The translations under genes and the position numbers were made by a program. From the NCBI GenBank assembly GCA_963823665.1, contig CAWGMQ010000005.1, forward strand, positions 1,312,001-1,376,000: DNA of 64,000 nt, written 5' to 3'. Shown here one piece after another: positions 30,836 to 40,172 of this stretch (within the stretch, counting starts at the first letter, position 1; every line of letters starts with the position of its first letter). The notes under the pieces were generated by a model that worked only from the letters and a program-made list of their open reading frames with translations, was not told the DNA's origin and ran no database searches. The stretch comes from an uncultured Planctomycetota bacterium (GTDB lineage: Bacteria; Planctomycetota; Planctomycetia; Isosphaerales; Isosphaeraceae).

Positions 30836-31744
30836 ATGAAACGCACACGAACCGATCTTGTGAACGAATCGGAACGACCGACTTGCCTGTTTGCCATCAA
30901 CGACAGAACCCTTCTGACGGCAGCGGAGGAATGCAGGTTGGCCGAGTCGATTGCTCAAGACGATTCGAATGCGCTGAACCGGCTGGTTGAAGCGAATCTT
31001 CGACTGGTCGTGAAGGTCGCCAAGGATTATGTGGGGAAGGGAATGACGCTTGACGACTTGATCGGCGAGGGGAATCTCGGGCTGATCCGCGCCGCGCAGA
31101 AGTTCGATCCTCGTTTTGGAGTGCGGTTTGGAACGTACGCGGTTTACTGGATCAAGCAATCGATCCGGCTGGCACTTTCGACGTCGACGGCGATGATTCG
31201 GCTGCCCAATCATATCCTGGGAATGATGAACAAATGGCGGAAGGCGGAACGTGCTCTGAGCGTCGAGTTAGCTCGGGCGCCCACGTTCGATGAAGTGGCG
31301 GCGGCGCTGGGCCTGAGCGAATCTCAGAAACGGCTCCTGCTCGAAGCGCAGCGTGCCCGACAAATCAAGCTCGAAAGCACCGTGGCTCCGGAGTCGGGCC
31401 GATGGTCATCGCTCCTTTCATGCGACTCTTCGGCTCAGACTGGCGTGGGAGTCGACCTGGAAGACGAGTTTCCATTACGTTCCCGTCTGGAGTGTCTGGA
31501 CGGCCGGGAACGAATGGTCTTGTCATCGCGATATGGGCTGGATAACGAGCCACCCCTGACACTTCGGGAGATCGGGCATCGGCTGGGTGTGACCAGGGAG
31601 TGGGTGCGAAAAATCGAGCTCAGGGCGGTTAGCAAGCTACGTGGCGAGCCGCGCAGAAAGCCGGGTAGACCGAGGCGTACGTCGAGCACGCCGAGCGCAA
31701 GACTGAGCGCGACGAGCGACTGTGGGAGACGAGCCGAGCACTAG
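30836..31744 (+). CDS. Sigma-70 family RNA polymerase sigma factor (alternative, RpoD/RpoS-like without region 1.1)
   Basis: LLTAAEE, LVEANLRLVV, DLIGEGNLGLIRAAQKFDP, TYAVYWIKQSI, TLREIGHRLGVTREWVRKIE. Confidence 0.92.
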   Translation: MKRTRTDLVNESERPTCLFAINDRTLLTAAEECRLAESIAQDDSNALNRLVEANLRLVVKVAKDYVGKGMTLDDLIGEGNLGLIRAAQKFDPRFGVRFGTYAVYWIKQSIRLALSTSTAMIRLPNHILGMMNKWRKAERALSVELARAPTFDEVAAALGLSESQKRLLLEAQRARQIKLESTVAPESGRWSSLLSCDSSAQTGVGVDLEDEFPLRSRLECLDGRERMVLSSRYGLDNEPPLTLREIGHRLGVTREWVRKIELRAVSKLRGEPRRKPGRPRRTSSTPSARLSATSDCGRRAEH

Positions 31745-31825
31745 ATCCAGCCTGGGTTGACGTTCAGCCGCGCAAAGCAAGCGACGATCGGTCAGCGATC
31801 GCGTCGCGCCTTGAGCGCTGCCGGT

Positions 31826-31868
31826 GTGCGGAGGCATTGATCTCGATCTCGGTGTGAATCTCCATCAT
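31826..31868 (-). pseudogene. 5' scar of an SRPBCC-family gene
   Basis: MMEIHTEIEINASA matches typical SRPBCC N-termini; similarity ends there. Confidence 0.4.
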
Positions 31869-32000
31869 GCGGTGACATGCTCGCTCACGCGAACTCACGT
31901 CCCTCCGGAACACCGGGCACTGAAATCCAGACACTGATATAATCTCGACGAGCCCCTGACTGGTGAGTTTGACCGGCATTGGGAGAAAGGATAACCGACC

Positions 32001-32063
32001 ATGCTCGGAGCCATCGCCTGGGACATGATCGGCTCAGTCCAGGAGGCCCGGCCCAGCAAGACG
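32001..32063 (+). pseudogene. 5' scar of an ADP-ribosylglycohydrolase gene
   Basis: RBS gaaagga, then MLGAIAWDMIGSVQEARPSKT, resembling the family start MLGAIAGDIIGSVYE. Confidence 0.65.
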
Positions 32064-32076
32064 CCGGCGCCCCACG

Positions 32077-32739
32077 ATGAACCCGCGCACAATCGCCATC
32101 GGTGACATCCACGGCTGCTCCGCGGCCCTCGACGCCATTCTCGCAGCGATTCGGCCTCGCCCGGATGACTGCATCGTCACCCTGGGCGACTACATCAACC
32201 GGGGGCCGGACAGCCGAGGTGTTATCGAGAGGCTCATCGAGCTCGAGAAATGCTGTCGTCTAGTTCCACTCCTTGGGAACCACGACCAGACGCTCCTGGA
32301 TGTCCGATCGGGGAAGTACCCGATCGAGTGGCACCTCGACATGGGCGGAATCACCACCCTCAACTCCTACGGCGCGGCCCGGGACCTGGATCTGATTCCC
32401 GAGAAGCACTACAGGTTTCTCCGTCGCTGCCTCAATTACTTCGAGACGGACACCCACATCTTCGTCCATGCCAACTACTTCTCGGATACCCCGATGGATG
32501 AGCAGCATGTCGGGGTATTGCGCTGGGAGTCGGTTCGGACGATGACCCCCGGTCCCCACGACTCGGGGAAAACGGTGATCGCCGGTCACACCTCGCAGAA
32601 GAACGGTGAGATCCTCGACCTGGGGCACGTCAAGGTCATCGACACCTATTGCTACGGGGGCGGGTGGCTGACGGCTCTGGAAGTTCAGACGGAGGAGGTC
32701 TGGCAGGCAGACCGTGAAGGGAATATGAGAAGGATTTGA
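32077..32739 (+). CDS. Calcineurin-like metallophosphoesterase (Ser/Thr protein phosphatase type)
   Basis: IGDIHG, LGDYINRGPDS, LGNHD, FVHA, GHT, IDT. Confidence 0.92.
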   Translation: MNPRTIAIGDIHGCSAALDAILAAIRPRPDDCIVTLGDYINRGPDSRGVIERLIELEKCCRLVPLLGNHDQTLLDVRSGKYPIEWHLDMGGITTLNSYGAARDLDLIPEKHYRFLRRCLNYFETDTHIFVHANYFSDTPMDEQHVGVLRWESVRTMTPGPHDSGKTVIAGHTSQKNGEILDLGHVKVIDTYCYGGGWLTALEVQTEEVWQADREGNMRRI

Positions 32740-32978
32740 TTCCAGAGGTCGCACCGGTCGTATTCGGGAACCTGTTCACGGTCGCCGGAACATGGTCTGG
32801 ATTCGACGAGGAATGGCTCTTCAATCAGGCGGCAAAGCGGGCGAGGAGGAGGAGTTTGAGCCTGCGGGCATTCGTCAAAATCGGCATTGGGAAGTGGATC
32901 ATGACCTCCGCCACGGAGCGGCACTGGGATACGATCGTCGGCATGCTGAACGAACTCACAGAGACGTTTATGAATTAG
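32736..32978 (+). pseudogene. C-terminal fragment of a small conserved protein (DUF7079-like)
   Basis: EVAPVVFGNLFTVAGTWSGFDEEWL. The N-terminal half appears to be missing. Confidence 0.45.
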
Positions 32979-33064
32979 TCCCGGGGACCAGTCTGCGTTA
33001 CGACGATGGCACATCGGCAGAAGCCGTGAAACTAAGTTTGTCGTCGCTATCCAATGAGCGCAAG

Positions 33065-34693
33065 TCAGGAGCCCTTCAACCACAAATCGAGCTTCGTCAG
33101 AAACGTTGCGTCCATCTCCCGACGGGAATCATCCAGAGCCTCTATGATGGCGCGCTGTTCATGACGCGAAGGCGTGGTGAAGACACGGTTGCATCCGGGC
33201 GGAGTAAACCACGCTTCGACCAGCCCTTGGGCAAACTCGGACGTCGAAGGGTTTCCCTGCGCAGACACCCGGATAAGCCAGGGCAAGGAGTCCCATTTCC
33301 CCATTGCGTTAATGAGCCGGAGCGCTGCCTCCCTGACGTGCTGCCGACGGTCCTCCTTCACCAAGCGGCATAGCCGTTCGCCATCGAGTAACGATCGGGA
33401 TGCTTCGAGGTGCTTTCTCACTTCACGGACCACGGCAGGGCTGTCGTCCGGGAGGTAAGTGTGCAGATCAGGCAGGGCAGATTCCCGTCCGATCCTGGCG
33501 AAGGCACGCACTGCGGCTCGACGACGGCGTGGAAGCGGCGACTCCAGGCAACGTCGAATTGCGATCAGGTCGGAACGATCGCCGGTCTCACCCAAGCCAC
33601 TGAGAGCAGCCAACGATTGCGGGTCTTGGATGAGTGCCAGCCGGTAGACTTCCGGCCAATCAACCTCGCCCAACTTCTGCAAATGGAATCGTGCAAGTTC
33701 CCTGATGGATGCGCTCCCATCGAGCAAAGCCTGACGCCAGACCCCGCGGCCGAAATCAGCGGAATTGTCCGCCTCGATGATCAGCGCCTCGCGTCTGACC
33801 GGCACGAATCGATCGCGTCTCAGTGATGCGAGGATACGTTCGAGTGCCTTACCCCAAAAGCAGCGGCGGACATTCTTTGAGCCCAGGAGACGAATGACTC
33901 CGTCGGTCGATGACACTGCATGTTCCACGACCCGGACGTGGTGTCCGCCCTCAACTTCGAGCGCCAGACGAGCCACGCTTCGACGCACGGTTCGGTCGGC
34001 AGAGTGAATGGCTCGTTTCAGAAGCACGTCATGCTTCGACTGCACCAGCATGCCCATCACCCGGCTAACCAAATCGGCATGGTCTTGCCTCTGAAAAGCA
34101 AGGAGATGGATCACAAGCGACAGATTGGTCACGAAAGCCGGGAGGAAGCGTTCGTCGAGGCGAGTTTCAACAGCACGTCGGGCGTCTGCTCGGATGGGCG
34201 CAACCCAATCGTTTTGCCGGATCAGCAGGTAGGGTAACTCGCTTGCATCGTGGATCTGAGCCAACAGACGTACGGCCTCATGCCGTACGTAGCCGTTTCG
34301 GTGGAAGCTGAGCAGCCCAAGAATTGAGGTTCGGGTTGATTCATCCGTGATCAAAGTTTGAGCCCCTGCTAGTGTCGATCGTTCCCATGCGTCACCGATG
34401 AACGAACCCCACGAACGGCTGACCATATCGCCTAGATGGCGAAGTCGTTCAGGCGGAAGCCGATCGATGAGCGAGTGGACTGTCCGGGAAGCCGCGCTTC
34501 TCACGTCGGGCGATGCGGAGAAGAGGTAGTTGAACACCACGGAGATCGCGCCGGGTTCGCCTTGCTCGGCGACCAGTTCGAGAAGCTTAGCTAGTTCTGC
34601 ATCATGAGCCCCTTTGACGAACCATGTGGCCTTGGCAGAGAGATCAAACAGACGCTGCAAGAGATGTTTCGTCGCGTCTGAAACGTGCTGCAT
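33065..34693 (-). CDS. HEAT-repeat protein
   Basis: 542 aa; SFHRNGYVRHEAV, LLIRQNDWV, DDSPAVVRE alpha-solenoid repeats. Confidence 0.8.
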   Translation of the reverse strand: MQHVSDATKHLLQRLFDLSAKATWFVKGAHDAELAKLLELVAEQGEPGAISVVFNYLFSASPDVRSAASRTVHSLIDRLPPERLRHLGDMVSRSWGSFIGDAWERSTLAGAQTLITDESTRTSILGLLSFHRNGYVRHEAVRLLAQIHDASELPYLLIRQNDWVAPIRADARRAVETRLDERFLPAFVTNLSLVIHLLAFQRQDHADLVSRVMGMLVQSKHDVLLKRAIHSADRTVRRSVARLALEVEGGHHVRVVEHAVSSTDGVIRLLGSKNVRRCFWGKALERILASLRRDRFVPVRREALIIEADNSADFGRGVWRQALLDGSASIRELARFHLQKLGEVDWPEVYRLALIQDPQSLAALSGLGETGDRSDLIAIRRCLESPLPRRRRAAVRAFARIGRESALPDLHTYLPDDSPAVVREVRKHLEASRSLLDGERLCRLVKEDRRQHVREAALRLINAMGKWDSLPWLIRVSAQGNPSTSEFAQGLVEAWFTPPGCNRVFTTPSRHEQRAIIEALDDSRREMDATFLTKLDLWLKGS

Positions 34694-34994
34694 AACCGCC
34701 TCGAATCCTGAATCTTTGACGTGTGTTCAGAGTATCCTCGGCTCTGGTCTGTATCCAGAGTCGATCTGTTTGAGGTCGCAGCGGTCGTCATTGGTATGCA
34801 GAGCACACGCGCGGCTGGGCACGATGGGCTCTCGCATGCGTTGCTACGTGGGGAGCGCTGGATCGGTACGAGGGCTCACTGAATAACCAATGCGCGACCG
34901 CGGAAAGAATTGCGCGAGGCGAGCGGCGCTGGTGGGAGGAGTCAGGCTGAAGCCTAACCTACTCAATGCAGAATCGGTTTCGCGGGTCCACTTA

Positions 34995-35142
34995 GGAACG
35001 GGCCGGAACCAAATTCCGTCGATTTACGTGAAGTGCGCCGCGGAGCGGCACAAAGACCGTTCCGACGCAGAGCGTCGGAACGAGGGCTTTCCGTCGTGGT
35101 AGGATTGAGACCGAAATCGGGAAGTTATTTCCGGCCTGTTCC
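34995..35142. mobile_element. MITE copy 2 (148 bp), single hairpin core
   Basis: TIRs ggaacgggccggaaccaaattcc / ggaagttatttccggcctgttcc; tta duplicated at 34992-34994 and 35143-35145; same core hairpin as copy 1. Confidence 0.8.
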
Positions 35143-35149
35143 TTAGTCG

Positions 35150-35917
35150 TCAGGGCTTGCTCGAGATGAACTCGGGCTCGGCGTCCGCCGAACGCAGCAG
35201 GCAAGCCGTGAGATAACCAAGCCCGCCGCTGGTATCCAGACGAATTCGGACGGGATTCACGTCAGGCTCCGAGACGCGGACGTGACCGGTGACTTGAATC
35301 TTGCCTGGATACCCCAAGGGCGAGTCGGACAGGTCTTTGTCGGCACCGAGCCATACGGGGTACTCCGGCTGCCATTTCCGATCTGTTGGGGAGCCCGGGA
35401 ATGGCTTCATGACCGAACGGTTCCACTCCCTGCGATGCAGCGCCGCAAGCTGCTCGGTCGCACTTGCCCTTAACTCGAACGACAGCCCGCAATGCAAGAA
35501 CAAGTGACCGGGCGACTCGACCACCCAGGGCAACGAGACGAGAAACGCCCGATGCTCGGGCGGGATCGCTCTCTTCAATTCCTCCAGATCACTCGCCCAC
35601 TGATTCCCATCATGATTTGGTTTGCGACCGAGGTAGCCGAGGAAAGTTTGCTCGTGGTCATAGCGGCACAGATAACTGTCGATCCAGTACTGCGAGGGGG
35701 GACCGTCATCGAGCCGGGCTGCGCGCATCAGGGCGAGGTCATGGTTTCCCAGGACGGCGGATCCGCCCGGTCGTCGGCTCAGCAATTCAAGCACCATGTC
35801 AATCGTTCCAGGGACATCCTCACCCCGATCAACGTAGTCGCCGAGGAAAACCAACGCACAGTCGTCCCACTCGGCGATCAGTTCGAGCTTGGTGACCAGT
35901 TGCTCCAGTTGTTCACA
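35150..35917 (-). pseudogene. 5'-truncated metallophosphoesterase
   Basis: FLGDYVDRG, LGNHD, FLHCG, TGH and LDT are present. Motif I (GDxHG) is absent; the frame opens at the halogenase TAA. Confidence 0.75.
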
Positions 35918-35962
35918 CGGTCCGACGCCAGGCGGAAGGAGCCCTCGCCAACGGGCTGCCCA

Positions 35963-37480
35963 TTACCGACGCGATGGCTGTCCGGGCGGCTTGTAAAACG
36001 CCGGATCCCAGGCGAATTGCGGATTTTTCAGCATCGCCATCGCCTCGCGATTGGACAGGCCCTCATCGGCCTTGCGGGCGTGCAGCAGGCGGATTTTCGA
36101 CCACGTTTCGCGCTCGCCGGCGCTGGCGGCGTAGCTGTGCCGACAGGGGAGTTTCATGCCGACGAGCATGGCCAGGTATCCCTCGGCCGCGAAGACGTCG
36201 TAATTGTCAATCAGCCCGAGCTTGAACAGCGCGCTGGGCCCGTTGTCCTGGTAATACTCGACCAGGGGCTCGGCGCCGGCCAGGTCGGCCTTCTCGCGGC
36301 ATTCCCGCCAGAACGCGTTGTCCAATCGCGTGTTGAACTTGTAGTGCAGAGCCAGGAACGCCCGGATGCAATCCCAGTTCCGCCCGTTGCGCAGATTGAA
36401 CAGCCCCCTTACCGACGGCGTCGGATCGCACCCGCAATCGCCCAGCAACGCCACCGCGACCTGGAGGGCGAAGCACAGCGAGCCGACGCCGGTGCTCTCG
36501 AGCGGCTCGACGAAGCCGTTGGCATTTCCCACCGCGAGCACGTTCTTCACCCACGCCCGTGCGAACCGGCCGGTGCGATAGTGGACGATCCGCGTATTCT
36601 CGAGCTTCGGATTCTTGACGCGAAATTCCTTCTCAGCGTCGGCGTCAGCAAGGAACGACGAACTGTACACATACCCCCGGCTGATGACCGTGTCGTGGTC
36701 GATCCGCCAGCACCAGCCGCAATCCATGGTCTCGGCCAGCGTGTAGGGCTGGATCGGTTCGTCCGTCCGAGGCCACTCGCCGACGAGGGCCCGATCGCAA
36801 TACAAGCTGGACGTGAACGGGATGAAGGGCTCGCCGAGCGTGTTCCCCAGCAGCAGCGAGCGAAACCCGCTGCAATCGACGTACATATCGGCTGCAAGCG
36901 TCCGACCATCGGACAGGTGAACGCCCGAGACGCCGCGTTCGTCCTGGCTGACGCCGGTCACGTTCGCGTCCATCACGCTCACGCCGACTCGGCGTGCCTG
37001 CTTCTCCAGCCACGCGACGAACGCGCGATTCTCCAGGTGATACGCGAAGGATTTGCTGACCACCGGAGCGCCGTTACTGCCGCGCGTGAACGCCTTGTTG
37101 CGCGACATCAGCGCGGTGCCCTGGCCGATGTCCTGGTTGTCGTCGTCGACGTAATACCCGGCGATTTTCGGCAAGCCCGCGTAGAGCACGTCGAATTGGA
37201 ACAAGAAGGAATAATCAAACCACGGCCGCGGCCCCCAGAGAAAGTGGATGCCGCGTTTGATTACCGGAGAGACTTCGCGATAAAACTCCGACGGCTCCGC
37301 CGCCAGGAAGTTGTGCAGGTGCGTCACGACGGCCATGGTCGTGCTTTCGCCGACGCCGATGACGCCGATCTCGCTGGAGTGCACCAGTTGCACATCGAGT
37401 TTCGGCAGAACTGTTTTGAGCGTCAACGCCGACATGAAGCCAGCGGTCCCGCCCCCCACCACGAGTATCCGGTTTATCAT
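35963..37480 (-). CDS. Flavin-dependent halogenase (tryptophan halogenase family)
   Basis: VVGGGTAG, IGVGEST, catalytic Lys in VIKRGIHF, DCSGF, WCWRI, FVEPLESTG. Confidence 0.9.
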   Translation of the reverse strand: MINRILVVGGGTAGFMSALTLKTVLPKLDVQLVHSSEIGVIGVGESTTMAVVTHLHNFLAAEPSEFYREVSPVIKRGIHFLWGPRPWFDYSFLFQFDVLYAGLPKIAGYYVDDDNQDIGQGTALMSRNKAFTRGSNGAPVVSKSFAYHLENRAFVAWLEKQARRVGVSVMDANVTGVSQDERGVSGVHLSDGRTLAADMYVDCSGFRSLLLGNTLGEPFIPFTSSLYCDRALVGEWPRTDEPIQPYTLAETMDCGWCWRIDHDTVISRGYVYSSSFLADADAEKEFRVKNPKLENTRIVHYRTGRFARAWVKNVLAVGNANGFVEPLESTGVGSLCFALQVAVALLGDCGCDPTPSVRGLFNLRNGRNWDCIRAFLALHYKFNTRLDNAFWRECREKADLAGAEPLVEYYQDNGPSALFKLGLIDNYDVFAAEGYLAMLVGMKLPCRHSYAASAGERETWSKIRLLHARKADEGLSNREAMAMLKNPQFAWDPAFYKPPGQPSRR

Positions 37481-37809
37481 GGTGAATAGGACGAAAATCG
37501 ATACGAAAGACGCAAGGGCCCCCAAACATGAGGCACACCAAGATCTCTGTTTGCGCGGCGATCTTACGAACCGCGACGGGACGCTGTCAAGCGTGAAGCA
37601 GGAGAAAATCACCTCGGGCGGGCGGCGAACCAGGGGCAGCCGCCTGCCGCATTCCCTCGGCGTCAGGTGAGACCGGCCAGCTTCGCCTTGATGTGCGCCG
37701 GGGTGAGCCGCACGTCGTAAAGCGGGGCGTCGGTCGACTGGAACAACCGCCCCGCCGACAGCGGCCCGGCGTCCGCCGATTCGAACCTGGCGTGCCTCAC
37801 CAGCACTTC

Positions 37810-37850
37810 TGACTAACCCCCGTTTTATGGTCCAGTCGCTGTGAGAGCCG
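37810..37850 (-). mobile_element. Possible solitary IS3-family terminal remnant
   Basis: Minus strand ctctcacagcgactggaccataaaacgggggttagtca ends in CA like IS3 ends. No transposase or partner end was found. Confidence 0.3.
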
Positions 37851-37940
37851 GATCAACCGGTAGCGATGGCTTCACGGGCCGGCATCCGCTGGCTGTGCCG
37901 GCCCGGGGAACGAGTATTCTCTGGGGCGAATCGTGACCGG

Positions 37941-38168
37941 AGTTACATCGTAATCAAGAACGACCTGGACGTCGAGGAAGTCGAGGACGTGTTGCTTAAC
38001 CCTGACAACGAAACCCTGGTGAGTTGAACGAGTGGGCGGCCGATCACCTTCGGCTGGACTTCGACTGGCCGGCACATCGCAGTCATCTGGGAGACGATCT
38101 GCGATGATCCCAGGATGATCAGGGTTCGCACGGCGTACGAGGTGAAACCCAAACGGAGGAAGTCGTGA
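37941..38168 (+). pseudogene. BrnT-like toxin, 5'-truncated with internal TGA (38025)
   Basis: DLDVEEVEDVL...VS*TSGRPITFGWTSTGRHIAVIWE...VRTAYEV. GTGA overlap with the downstream HTH gene. Confidence 0.7.
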
Positions 38169-38551
38169 GCCGTCGCAAGCGAGGTGACGAAAAGATGGAG
38201 CGCACGTCCGAGGAACTGGCCGACCTGAAGGCCGAACGAGAGCGATTTTCTCGTGATCGGCCCGGGCCGGATGATCTGGTTGACTCCGATGAATACGATG
38301 GACCCATTCGTCAAGGCAATATCATGGCGTTGCTTTCGGCGCTCGCCGAGCTCCAGCGACAGCGAACGCTTCGCGGCTTGAGCCTCGCCGATGTATCGAA
38401 GCGATCGGGGCTGGATCGAGCCATGGTTTCCCGGCTCGAGAACGGCAAGATCCTCAATCCGATGATGTCGACGCTGTGGCGTTACGCAGACGCGGTCGGA
38501 GCCCAGGTGCACCTGGCGATTGAACCGACCTCCGTCGCGGCCGACCCCTAA
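38165..38551 (+). CDS. XRE-family HTH antitoxin
   Basis: GLSLADVSKRSGLDRAMVSRLENG...NP..STLWRYADAVG. Confidence 0.85.
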   Translation: MSRRKRGDEKMERTSEELADLKAERERFSRDRPGPDDLVDSDEYDGPIRQGNIMALLSALAELQRQRTLRGLSLADVSKRSGLDRAMVSRLENGKILNPMMSTLWRYADAVGAQVHLAIEPTSVAADP

Positions 38552-38712
38552 TGTGCAGTGGTGGGCTAAGAAGGGGGGGATTCGCGTGGCTGACTCGCGG
38601 CGCAGCTCGGGCGCACCGTGAGTCTCGCCGGATTAAAAGGTCCAGGGTGGGAGTGCCGGACCGGAACGGGTCGTGGCGATCCTGCCAGGCACCGCCGCCG
38701 TGGAGACGATCG

Positions 38713-39159
38713 ATGAACTTTTCTGACGCAACCGAGCGCGTTCGCGTCGTCGAAGGTCGGGAGCGGGGATATGTCTTTGTGCCGGGCGCGAGCCTGGCGC
38801 TGGGAGATGGAGCGGCCGGGCAGCTTGCGGCGATCCAGGCGCTCATGGACGCTGCGCCTGGCGACCCTTACGAACCGAACGGCAATCGGTCGCGTTACCA
38901 CGTTCAGCTCATCCTCGATCCGGCGACGCGCGCGCTGCACGAGCGCAAGGGGGTCGGCTACTGGCGGGCGTCGCATCTTGGATACGAGTATTCCGGGGAG
39001 GAGCGGCGGTTCGCGCCGGTTCCGGAGGCGATCCTCGGGGCGCCATTGTTCGTGGAGTGGGTGTGGTTCTGGTTCGACCTGCTGCCCGGGACGCTCTTCC
39101 CGCCGATTTTGCCCGCGCTGGTCGAAGTGCACTTGATGCGGACGCGGCCGGGGCCGGTG
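38713..39159 (+). pseudogene. 5' partial copy of the 2OG-Fe(II) dioxygenase at 40173-40895
   Basis: Near-identical protein up to TRPGPV, then broken off just before the HxD motif. Confidence 0.9.
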
Positions 39160-39170
39160 CTGGGACAGAC

Positions 39171-39199
39171 TTGCCGTCCAGGCGCGTGGTGACTATAAT
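39171..39199 (+). promoter_or_regulatory. Sigma70 promoter of the RelE/Phd module, probably leaderless or very short leader
   Basis: TTGCCG-N17-TATAAT, 10 nt before ATG 39210, with no RBS. Confidence 0.75.
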
Positions 39200-39209
39200 T
39201 CTGATCATC

Positions 39210-39533
39210 ATGGCGAAAAGAAGTCCCTTCGCTCTGGTGTACGCCGACGAGATAAAAGAGCATTTGCGAGCGATCGAAGCCAAGTATCATTCTCTGATCA
39301 AGTCGGAGGTGGAAACCCAACTGCTGTTCCACCCGGACTCCGAAACCCGGAACCGCAAGCCGTTGCAACGACCAATTGCATTCGGGGCGGATTGGGAGCT
39401 TCGACTCGGCCCAGAAAAACGGTTTCGCGTTTTCTACCAGGTCAATGTCGCGAGTCGCGAAGTCCGCGTCCTCGCAATCGGCGTTAAAGACCGAAACCGC
39501 CTATTTATCGGCGGAGAGGAGTTTGTGGGATGA
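39210..39533 (+). CDS. RelE/ParE family toxin
   Basis: ETRNRKPL, WELRLG..RFRVFYQV, VRVLAIGVK. Confidence 0.85.
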   Translation: MAKRSPFALVYADEIKEHLRAIEAKYHSLIKSEVETQLLFHPDSETRNRKPLQRPIAFGADWELRLGPEKRFRVFYQVNVASREVRVLAIGVKDRNRLFIGGEEFVG

Positions 39534-39853
39534 AAATTGCCTCAGTCGCGGATGTGAAGGCCCGCTTGAGCGCGTATTTAAAGGAGACCCTGGAAGGGCC
39601 CGTTATCGTCACCCGCAACGGCAAGGCAGTGGCGGTGTTGTTGGCGGTCACGGACGAGGACGAATTGGAGCGCCTTGTGCTGGCGCATTCACCCAAGTTC
39701 CAGGCGCTTCTCGACAAGTCCCGGCGCCAGATTGAAGCGACCGGGGGGATTCCCCATGCCGTTTTCTGGCGCGAACTCGAAGCGGAAAGCCGCGAAGGCG
39801 TCCGCAAGGGCAAGCGACCGAAAAGTCGAACCGCGCGCGGAGCTACTGGCTAG
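39530..39853 (+). CDS. Phd/YefM family antitoxin
   Basis: MKIASVADVKARLSAYL...GPVIVTRNGKAVAVL; ATGA overlap with the toxin. Confidence 0.88.
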   Translation: MKIASVADVKARLSAYLKETLEGPVIVTRNGKAVAVLLAVTDEDELERLVLAHSPKFQALLDKSRRQIEATGGIPHAVFWRELEAESREGVRKGKRPKSRTARGATG

Positions 39854-39912
39854 CAGGACCAAAGGCTCAACCGTTAAGCGCCTACAGGGCCTTCCCAGAA
39901 AAGCGGTCATTC

Positions 39913-40006
39913 GCGATGATTCCAGAATGATCAGGGTTCGCACGGCCTACGAGGTGAAACCCAAACGGAGGAAGTCGTGAGCCGTCGCATGCGAAGTGAC
40001 GAAAAG
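39913..40006 (+). repeat. Diverged copy of the toxin/antitoxin junction at 38101-38194
   Basis: atgatcagggttcgcacggc(g/c)tacgaggtgaaacccaaacggaggaagtcgtgagccgtcgca is shared. Confidence 0.92.
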
Positions 40007-40172
40007 AATGTGCTGAGCTGGGATAAGAACGGCGCAGAGGATTCACGCGGTTGACTCGCGGCGCAGCTCGGGCGGCCGATGCATCTCGCCGAATTAAAGG
40101 TTCAGCGCGGGAGTGCCGGACCGGCACGGGTCGTGGCGATCCTACCGCGAGCCGCCGCCTTGGAGTGGATCA

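Noticed and set aside
31890..31945. Second IS3-like end pairing with 37810
   Set aside because: Similarity is too weak, there is no canonical TG/CA terminus, and no shared target duplication.
30421..35143. Long target-site duplication flanking the sigma-HEAT block
   Set aside because: Better explained as two independent MITE copies, each with its own TIRs and different 3-bp TSD.
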